Positions 57,289 to 64,000 of a DNA stretch of 64,000 nt are shown piece by piece. The position numbers were made by a program, and so were the translations under genes. Position 1 is the stretch's first letter. Each line of letters begins with the position of its first letter. The DNA is from an uncultured Chloroflexia bacterium (GTDB lineage: Bacteria; Chloroflexota; Limnocylindria; Limnocylindrales; CSP1-4). The stretch is from NCBI GenBank assembly GCA_963752475.1, contig CAVVYR010000013.1:642-64641 (forward strand), written 5' to 3'. The notes under the pieces are model-generated. The model was not told the origin of the DNA. It did no database searches and saw nothing but the letters and a program-made list of their open reading frames with translations.

Positions 57289-58547
57289 GGCAGGTGCAGC
57301 GCTCCCTCCAGGCTGTCGGACTCGAGGTTGGGGCCGATGACCGCTCCACACAGGACCTCATCCCGGAACAGCCGTTCGGCGAGTGCCTTGATGTCGTCCG
57401 CGGTCACGGCTCGCAGGGCCTCCATCACTTGGTCCATCGTCATCACGCGATCGTGCAACGCCTCCTGGCTCCCGAGGAACGAGGCCATCGAACGCGACTC
57501 TTCCAGCCGCAGCTCCAGCCGGCCGAGTGTGAAGTTGCGAGCTCGTTCCAGCTCGGCCTGCGGGACCAGCTCATCGCGCAGCCGCGAGAGCTCCGCGAAC
57601 ACGCCCCGCATGGCGGGCACGACATCGTCCGCATCGACACCCATGTAGACCTGCAGGAGTCCAGTGTCAGCGTAGTCGGTCTGGAACGAGTGCACGTCGT
57701 AGGCGAGGCCCTCTTCCTCGCGGATCTTCATGAACAGCCGCGAGGACGTACCGTCGCCAAGGACGGTGTTGAGCAAGTCCAGCGTCCACTGGTCCTGGTG
57801 GTCACGCGGCAGTCCCGGAAGCCCCAATACCACGTGCGCCTGCGCAGTGTGGCGGTGCTCCAGGTGCATCCGCTCCTGCGGCCCGGTGGGCGCGGGCAGG
57901 TAGTCGGGCGTGGCTCCGTTGCCTCGGCCGAAGGTGCGTTCGACGAGCTCCACGGCATCGTCATGGCCGATGTCGCCCGCGAGGGCCACGACCATGTTGG
58001 CCGGCCGATAGCTGGCACTCCAGAAGCCGCGGATATCATCGTCGGTCAGCGAGCGGACCGAATCCTCGTCGCCGGCGATCTCCCAGCCCAGTGGCGTATC
58101 GCCGAACCAGGCCTCGTCCCAGACGTTGTAGATGTACTGGGCCGGGTCGTCGCGATAGGACTTGATCTCGTCGATGATGATCTCGCGCTCGTGGGCGATG
58201 TCCTCGCTGCGCAGCAAGGGGTGCAGCGTCAGCTGCGAGAGGACGTCGACGCCAAGGTCGGCCTCGCGGATGGGCAGGCGGGTCCAGTAGACCGTGGTCT
58301 CGCGGTCGGTCGCGGCGTTGGAGCTGCCGCCGACGCCCTCGATGGCATCGGAGACCTCACGCGTCGTGGGCATCGACTCGGTGCCCTTGAAGGTGATGTG
58401 CTCCATGAAGTGCGCCAGGCCGGACTTGGCACGCGTCTCACCGCGCGAGCCGACCATGACGTAGACAGCGGCGGATAGCGAGCGCATACCTGGCAGGCGG
58501 GCGGAGATGACGCGGGGCCCGTCGGGCAACGCGGTACGTTCGAACAT
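57285..58547 (-). CDS. M16-family (pitrilysin/insulinase-like) zinc peptidase.
   Basis: 420 aa with the inverted zinc motif HFMEHITFKG (HxxEH). Confidence 0.85.
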   Translation of the reverse strand: MFERTALPDGPRVISARLPGMRSLSAAVYVMVGSRGETRAKSGLAHFMEHITFKGTESMPTTREVSDAIEGVGGSSNAATDRETTVYWTRLPIREADLGVDVLSQLTLHPLLRSEDIAHEREIIIDEIKSYRDDPAQYIYNVWDEAWFGDTPLGWEIAGDEDSVRSLTDDDIRGFWSASYRPANMVVALAGDIGHDDAVELVERTFGRGNGATPDYLPAPTGPQERMHLEHRHTAQAHVVLGLPGLPRDHQDQWTLDLLNTVLGDGTSSRLFMKIREEEGLAYDVHSFQTDYADTGLLQVYMGVDADDVVPAMRGVFAELSRLRDELVPQAELERARNFTLGRLELRLEESRSMASFLGSQEALHDRVMTMDQVMEALRAVTADDIKALAERLFRDEVLCGAVIGPNLESDSLEGALHLP

Positions 58548-58847
58548 CGGGTCGCCATGCTACACGGGCTGCCAGCTTCACCACGGACCCGCCTGATGTG
58601 ACGTCGATCGGGCTCCGGATCTGAGCTACCGTACGTTCTGCCGCGAACCGAGTCTCTCGTCCACCTCGAGGCGCCTTTTCGCGCGTACATGTGGTCCGAT
58701 GCTCCAGCCGTTCACCCAGACGTGCCCGATGAACAACGCTCTCTTCGTCGACCCAGATCCGCATCCCTGTGGTCTTGACGTTCCGCCCGCACGAGGCCGG
58801 CGCGACGCGGGGGTCGGGCGGAAGCAACCCCGGCGGCGAGATCCGTG

Positions 58848-59996
58848 ATGGCCGACGACACCTCGGAGTGGGCACGCCTGTGGACGCTGGATCCTGAGAT
58901 CGCGCACCTGAACCACGGCTCATATGGCGCGACGCCGAGCCACGTGCAGCACGCGAGGCAGGCATGGCTTCGCAGGATCGAGGAGTCGCCGGAGGGCTTC
59001 TTCCGCAGCCAGATGCACGAGCGGCTCGCCGACGTCAGGATGACCGTCGCGCGGTTCCTGGGCGTCGAAGACACGTCGTTGGCCCTGGTGGGGAACGTCA
59101 CCGACGCGGTCGGGGTCGCCCTTCGGTCCGTGCCGATCGGACCCCGGTCGAGCATCGTCATCTCGGGCGATTGCTATCAGTGGGTAGCGCTGGCCGCAGC
59201 GCAGCGAGCACGTGCCGCCAGGGCGGAGGTTCGCACGGTCGAGCTGCCACTGCCGGGTCCGGACTTCGACGCGCAGGTCATCGACAGGTACATGGCCGCG
59301 ATCGACGATGGCACCGCGTTGGTGATCGTCGATCAGATCACGTCCCCGACCGCACTCCGCCTGCCCGTCCGCGCCCTGGTCGAACAGCTGCGCGGCCGCG
59401 TGGCCGTGCTCGTCGATGCCGCTCACAGCCCTGGAGTGGAACCTGAGCCCGTGGCCACGAGTGCCGATTTCTGGGTCGGGTCTCTGCACAAGTGGACGTA
59501 CGCTCCCCGTGGTTCTTCAGTCCTCGTCGTTGCCGAGCAGTGGCGCGACCGTGTCGAACCTCTCGTCACGAGCGAAGGCACGCCGGGGCCGTTCCCGTCG
59601 CGCTTCGACTACACCGGTACACGGGACTACTCCGCCCTCCTCGCCATCCCGGCAGCACTCGAGTTCCCCGAACGGGCCTTGGGCATGACCTGGCCAGCGC
59701 TGACGACCACGAACATCGAGTCCCTGCGGCTGGGTGTCGACCTCGTGCAGCAACGACTGGCAGCGGTGCCTTGCGGACCCATCGATCTGCCGATGGCGAC
59801 GCTCAAGATGCCCGTGACGGCAGATCCGTTGGAGGCGACGTCGATCGGAGCGATCCTGCGCGAACACGGTGTGGAGGTCGCGACGATGTCGCGTTCAGGG
59901 CGCCTCCATGTCCGGCTCTCGGCTCAGCCATACGTCGCACCCAGCGACTTCCAGAGGTTCTGCGATGTGATCATCAAGCAGGTGATCAGGGACTGA
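58848..59996 (+). CDS. Class V aminotransferase-fold PLP enzyme (isopenicillin-N-epimerase / cysteine-desulfurase-like).
   Basis: About 382 aa. It has HLNHGSYG near the N-terminus and the SLHKW PLP-lysine-type motif. A GTG at 58845 is an alternative start. Confidence 0.7.
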   Translation: MADDTSEWARLWTLDPEIAHLNHGSYGATPSHVQHARQAWLRRIEESPEGFFRSQMHERLADVRMTVARFLGVEDTSLALVGNVTDAVGVALRSVPIGPRSSIVISGDCYQWVALAAAQRARAARAEVRTVELPLPGPDFDAQVIDRYMAAIDDGTALVIVDQITSPTALRLPVRALVEQLRGRVAVLVDAAHSPGVEPEPVATSADFWVGSLHKWTYAPRGSSVLVVAEQWRDRVEPLVTSEGTPGPFPSRFDYTGTRDYSALLAIPAALEFPERALGMTWPALTTTNIESLRLGVDLVQQRLAAVPCGPIDLPMATLKMPVTADPLEATSIGAILREHGVEVATMSRSGRLHVRLSAQPYVAPSDFQRFCDVIIKQVIRD

Positions 59997-60518
59997 CTAT
60001 CCCTCCGAGGCAGCCTCGCCCGATTCGGACGTCGTCGGGCCCTCTCCTTCGCCCGCCCCGTCCCTTTCGGCTGCCCCGCCCGTCTCGGGCGCCTCAGGAG
60101 TGTCGAAGGCGTTCAGCTCCATCTGGATGTAGCCCGGGGTAGCCTGGAAGGGCAGCGGCTCCTGGACCATCTCCTCGCCCTCGCCACCGGGTGGCGGCAC
60201 GAACTCCAGCACCACCCGCTCGTCGCCCTGGACGAGCACGTAGGTGATCAGTTGATCCGGCCGCGTCTCGAACTCGAGGTGCTCCCAGGAGGCCACCGAA
60301 AGGCAGATCGAGAGGGGCGTGAAGAAGGAGGAGACGTCCGGGCGGTCGGCCACGATGCGTTCGACCCAGCCGGTGCCGTGGGAGACGATCTCGTGTCCCC
60401 GCAGGTATCGGTAGGCCACGGTCTGGCGCAGCAAGGGGCGCAAAAGATGATAGATGTCGACGGGGTTGGAGACCAGGCCAGCGTTGACGAAGAACTTGGC
60501 TGGTTGCTCTGCCGACAC
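59997..60518 (-). CDS. Hypothetical protein with an acidic Gly/Glu-rich C-terminal tail.
   Basis: 173-aa intact ORF (MSAEQPAKFFVNAGLVSNPVDIYHLLRPLLRQTVAYRYL...). Its stop codon directly abuts the convergent upstream gene's stop. I do not recognise a family. Confidence 0.5.
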   Translation of the reverse strand: MSAEQPAKFFVNAGLVSNPVDIYHLLRPLLRQTVAYRYLRGHEIVSHGTGWVERIVADRPDVSSFFTPLSICLSVASWEHLEFETRPDQLITYVLVQGDERVVLEFVPPPGGEGEEMVQEPLPFQATPGYIQMELNAFDTPEAPETGGAAERDGAGEGEGPTTSESGEAASEG

Positions 60519-60654
60519 GCACCCTCCCGCTACAAGCGACCCGCGCCCTCCGGGCCGCGAACGACGACCCGCCGATGGTATCGCAGCCCTGCCGTACCGG
60601 ACTTGCCGCCGCCGCAGCCGCTGCCGGGAGCCCGCCCGGGCCTATCATCGGAGC

Positions 60655-61470
60655 GTGATCCTGGCAGTCGACATCGGCAACAGCGCCGCCAAGGCCGCGA
60701 TCGTGGACGGCGAGACCATCCACGAGTCGGGCCGCCTCGACACGTCTTCAGCCAGCGGCGAGGACCTGCTCGACGGGCTGCGGGTGCTCACCGGTGCCCA
60801 CGAAGAGCCACCGAGCTCGATCGTCACCGTCAGCGTCGTCGACCGCTGGACCGAGCGGCTGGAGGTCGCGGCCGACGCGCTGGGACTGCCCCTCACCGTC
60901 GTGGCCGCCAGCCATATCCCTATCAGCACCGCGCTGGCACGACCCGATCGCACCGGTCCCGATCGTCTCCTCGCAGCCTGGGCCGCCTCGCGCATCTACG
61001 GCTCGCCGGTGATCGTCGTGGACCTCGGCACCGCCACCACCGTCGATGCCGTGGACGCGGACGGCTTCTTCCTCGGTGGCGCCATCGCCCCAGGCCTGGA
61101 GCTCGCCGCCGACGCGCTGGCGGAGCACACCGCGCGCCTGCCGCGCATCGACGTCGTGCTGCCGGACGACGCCATCGGCACGGACACCGCGGGAGCCATC
61201 GCCAGCGGCGTCGTCATCGGGCACGTCGGCACCGTGCGTGAGCTGGCCCAGCGCATGCACCAGCGCATCGCCTCGCGAACCCACCGCACAAGGGTCGTCA
61301 TCACCGGCGGCCACAGCGCTGCCGCCTGGGCCCAGACCGCCTGGCGCGAACCTGCCTGTGACGACCTCCCCGCCATCGCCGACGCACTCGACCCCGACCT
61401 CGTCCTCAAGGGCCTCGGCCTGCTGGCCAAGCACATGGGCGCCCGACCATCCGCAGGAGCACCTCGATGA
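60655..61470 (+). CDS. coaX: Type III pantothenate kinase.
   Basis: A GTG start, then ILAVDIGNSAAK (ASKHA phosphate-1 motif). It also has VVDLGTATTVD and PDLVLKGL. Confidence 0.8.
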   Translation: MILAVDIGNSAAKAAIVDGETIHESGRLDTSSASGEDLLDGLRVLTGAHEEPPSSIVTVSVVDRWTERLEVAADALGLPLTVVAASHIPISTALARPDRTGPDRLLAAWAASRIYGSPVIVVDLGTATTVDAVDADGFFLGGAIAPGLELAADALAEHTARLPRIDVVLPDDAIGTDTAGAIASGVVIGHVGTVRELAQRMHQRIASRTHRTRVVITGGHSAAAWAQTAWREPACDDLPAIADALDPDLVLKGLGLLAKHMGARPSAGAPR

Positions 61471-62744
61471 CCGACCAGCCACTCCAGGGACGACTGATCC
61501 TCCTCGGCATCACCGGCTCGATCGCGGCCTACAAGGGCGCGGAGCTGCTGCGCGAGCTGTCCCGTGCCGGAGCCGAGGTGCAGGTGATGATGAGCGAGGC
61601 TGCGACCCACTTCATCGGCCCGCTCACGTTGGAGGCACTCTCCGGTCGCGCCGTGATGCTCGATCCACTGGAGCTCCAATCCGACAGCCGCATCGGGCAC
61701 ATCGTTGCCGCCGACTCGGCCGACGCCATCCTCGTCGCGCCGGCCACGGCCCGCTGGCTGGGGGCCATGGCCAACGGCCTCGCCAACGACATCATCACCG
61801 CCACCTGCATCGCCAGCGTGGCCCCGGTGATCGTGGGCCCAGCCATGGACGGCGACATGTACGTCCATCCCGCGACGCAAGCCAACGTGGCTCGGCTGCG
61901 CGAGTTCGGCTACACCATCGTCGACCCGGAGACCGGCTCCCTGGCATCCGGCCAGGAGGGCATCGGCCGTCTCGCCGAGCTGCCCCGTCTGGTCGAGGCC
62001 GTGGCCCGGGCCGTCGAGGGTCGCCCGGTCCGCCAGCCAGACGCGACCGAGCGCCCACCGCGCGTCGAGCCCGCACGAACCGACCTGGCCGACTGGCACA
62101 TCGTGGTCAGCGCCGGCGGCAACGCCGAGCCCATCGATCCCGTCCGCTTCATCGGCAATCGCTCGAGCGGCAAGATGGGCATGGCCATCGCCAGGGCGGC
62201 CCTCGACCGAGGCGCCCGAGTCACGCTCATCAAGGGCACCACCAGCGTGGCCTCGCCCCAGGGCGCCAACGTCATCGAGGCCGAGACCGCTGCCGAGATG
62301 CGCGCGGCCGTGATGACCGCGCTGCCCACTGCCGACGCCCTCATCATGGCCGCCGCCGTGGCCGACTTCCGCCCCCTCGCCCGAGCCGAGACGAAGATCT
62401 CCCGCGCCGACGGGCTCGACCTGCGCCTCGAACCGACGACGGACATCCTGGCCGAGGCCGCAGCCAGCGCTCGCGAACGCGGCGACGATCCAGCGGCCCG
62501 CCCCATCATCGTGGGGTTCGCGGCGGAGACAGGGTCGCTGGCACGAGCGCCTGAGAAGGCGGCCCGCAAGCGCGTCGATCTGCTCGTGGCCAACGACGTG
62601 ACCGAGGCCGGCTCGGGCTTCGGCACCGACACCAACCGCGTCACCATCGTCGTCCCTGGCGCCGAGCCCGAGCCCTGGCCACAGCTGTCCAAGGCCGACG
62701 TCGCGGATCGGCTCCTGGACCGCTTGCTGGCACTCCGCCCCTAG
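61467..62744 (+). CDS. coaBC: Bifunctional phosphopantothenoylcysteine decarboxylase / phosphopantothenate--cysteine ligase.
   Basis: 425 aa. Motifs: LGITGSIAAYK, PAMDGDM (PxMNxxM-like), FIGNRSSGKMG, AAVADF. Confidence 0.9.
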   Translation: MTDQPLQGRLILLGITGSIAAYKGAELLRELSRAGAEVQVMMSEAATHFIGPLTLEALSGRAVMLDPLELQSDSRIGHIVAADSADAILVAPATARWLGAMANGLANDIITATCIASVAPVIVGPAMDGDMYVHPATQANVARLREFGYTIVDPETGSLASGQEGIGRLAELPRLVEAVARAVEGRPVRQPDATERPPRVEPARTDLADWHIVVSAGGNAEPIDPVRFIGNRSSGKMGMAIARAALDRGARVTLIKGTTSVASPQGANVIEAETAAEMRAAVMTALPTADALIMAAAVADFRPLARAETKISRADGLDLRLEPTTDILAEAAASARERGDDPAARPIIVGFAAETGSLARAPEKAARKRVDLLVANDVTEAGSGFGTDTNRVTIVVPGAEPEPWPQLSKADVADRLLDRLLALRP

Positions 62745-62763
62745 ACGGTTCATCATTGAGCTC

Positions 62764-63672
62764 ATGAGCGCCAGCAAGCCGGTTCGCCGCATCACCATCG
62801 CCGACATCGCCCGCATGTACCGAGAGGGTGAGCGTTTCGCGACCATCACGGCGTACGACTTCCCCACCGCGCGCATCGTCGACGAGGCCGGCATCCCGCT
62901 CATCCTGGTGGGTGACTCGCTGGGCATGGTCATGCTCGGCTACGACACCACCGTGCGCGTCAACATCGACGAGATGCTGCATCACACGCGGGCCGTGGCT
63001 CGCGGTGCCAAGCGCGCGCTGGTCGTCGGCGACATGCCCTTCCTGACCTACGGCATCTCCACCGAGGAGTCCGTCGAGCATGCCGGGCGCTTCCTCTCAG
63101 AGGCCTACGCGCAGGCGGTCAAGATCGAGGGTGGCGTCCGCTCGGCCAAGACGACGGAGGCCATCGTCAGCAGCGGCATCCCGGTCATGGGCCACATCGG
63201 GCTGACCCCGCAGGCGGTCAACCAGCTCGGCGGCCACCGTGTCCAGGGCAAGGACCGCGACTCGGCTCGCAAGCTCATCGCCGACGCCCTCGCCGTGCAG
63301 GAGGCCGGCGCCTTCGCGGTCGTGCTCGAGCTCGTCCCCGCGGAGCTCGCCGGGGCCATCACCGAACGTCTCTCCATCCCCACCGTGGGCATCGGCTCTG
63401 GCCCCCACACCTCGGCCGAGATCCAGGTCGTGACCGATGTCGTGGGGCTGACGCAGGGCTTCGTGCCACGCCACGCCCGCCAGTTCGGGCAGGTCGGGGA
63501 GGCTCTACGCGAGGCCGTTCGCGCCTACAAGGATGCCGTCGACACCGGCGACTTCCCCGCCGAGGCCGAGTCGAGCTCGATGGAGCCGTCGGTCCTCGAC
63601 GACGTGCTCGGCCGCTCCGAGCTCGATCGGGCCGCCTCATCGATGGCCATCCCGCTCGACCGCGATCTCTAG
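62764..63672 (+). CDS. panB: 3-methyl-2-oxobutanoate hydroxymethyltransferase.
   Basis: 302 aa. Motifs: ITAYDFPTA, LVGDSLGMV, VKIEGG, GHIGLTPQ. Confidence 0.9.
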   Translation: MSASKPVRRITIADIARMYREGERFATITAYDFPTARIVDEAGIPLILVGDSLGMVMLGYDTTVRVNIDEMLHHTRAVARGAKRALVVGDMPFLTYGISTEESVEHAGRFLSEAYAQAVKIEGGVRSAKTTEAIVSSGIPVMGHIGLTPQAVNQLGGHRVQGKDRDSARKLIADALAVQEAGAFAVVLELVPAELAGAITERLSIPTVGIGSGPHTSAEIQVVTDVVGLTQGFVPRHARQFGQVGEALREAVRAYKDAVDTGDFPAEAESSSMEPSVLDDVLGRSELDRAASSMAIPLDRDL

Positions 63673-63708
63673 CGCTTCGGGCGTCGCTCCGATGCCACAG
63701 GCCACCTG

Positions 63709-64000
63709 ATGACCCGCGTCCTGCGCACCCGCGCCGAGCTGCGTGCCGCGCTGACCGATGCGCCGAGGCCGGTAGGCCTGGTGCCCACGATGGGCTGGCT
63801 CCACGACGGCCACCGCTCGTTGATGCGCCGAGCGCGTGCGGCCGACGCCACGACCGTGGCCACGATCTTCGTCAACCCGCGGCAGTTCGACCAGGCTTCC
63901 GACTACACGCAGTACCCACGCGATACCGAGGCCGACATCGCGATCTGCGAGGCGGAGGGCGTCGACCTCGTCTGGATACCAGACGCCGAGGAGGTCTACC
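63709..64000 (+). CDS. panC: Pantoate--beta-alanine ligase, 5-prime partial (runs off the window).
   Basis: MTRVLRTRAELRAALTDAPRPVGLVPTMGWLHDGHRSLM carries the PTMGxLHxGH motif, followed by TIFVNPRQF. Confidence 0.85.
   Translation, partial: MTRVLRTRAELRAALTDAPRPVGLVPTMGWLHDGHRSLMRRARAADATTVATIFVNPRQFDQASDYTQYPRDTEADIAICEAEGVDLVWIPDAEEVY

Overview
High-GC (roughly 68-70 %) bacterial chromosomal segment. Its gene content (F420/Ddn-like reductase, type III pantothenate kinase, PucR and ECF regulators, DUF5996 and DUF885 proteins, class-I LysRS) fits an Actinomycetota-like organism; this is inference only. I can support about 55 protein-coding genes and 3 tRNAs: Arg-GCG, Ser-GCT and Ser-TGA. 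I found no rRNA, no CRISPR array, and no recognisable transposase, integrase, phage or classical defence genes.

Layout:
- 1-6.3 kb: a badly fragmented giant Calx-beta/beta-helix adhesin-like gene and a fragmented double-M23 peptidase gene, with a possible c-di-AMP (ydaO-like) leader upstream of the peptidase.
- 6.9-7.1 kb: two tRNAs.
- 7.3-10.9 kb: aroE, a cysQ-like nucleotidase and a GH18 hydrolase.
- 10.9-15.6 kb: trpD-trpC-trpF-trpB-trpA on the minus strand. TrpC, TrpF and TrpB appear to be one fused frame. The cluster carries at least 8 frame-disrupting lesions.
- 15.7-17.4 kb: a MarR/GbsR-like regulator and a DUF5996 gene.
- 17.5-24.8 kb: an intact sugar/polyol-type island (two dehydrogenases, a CUT2-type ABC importer, a Gfo/Idh/MocA oxidoreductase, a URO-D-family protein).
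- 26.2-29.7 kb: two tandem ABC-2 ATPase/permease pairs.
- 29.9-31.1 kb: Zn-finger thioredoxin TrxC, then a 720-bp non-coding gap with nested direct repeats.
- 31.1-37.6 kb: a secreted hypothetical protein, a PucR regulator, gnd and a DUF885 gene.
- 38.8-42.5 kb: ECF sigma factor, a transmembrane double Reg_prop-like propeller protein and a secreted alpha/beta hydrolase.
- 42.7-45.9 kb: two small Ca-binding-type proteins, tRNA-Ser and a 641-aa secreted protein with (GGGGNPPP)n.
- 46-49 kb: a serine hydrolase, vapBC and a GNAT-like gene.
- 49-64 kb: housekeeping genes (serS, class-I lysK, greA, argR, uppP, ndk, an M16 peptidase, coaX-coaBC-panB-panC).

The most striking window-scale signal is that frameshift and stop lesions are strongly clustered (1-6.3 kb, the trp cluster, ~17.05 kb, ~36.46 kb, 39.7-40.1 kb). 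About 40 kb elsewhere shows no obvious lesion. From sequence alone I cannot tell real gene decay from local consensus indel errors. No convincing entirely new multi-gene system is proven. The best candidates are the ECF/propeller/hydrolase module, the fused trp frame and the nested-repeat non-coding locus.
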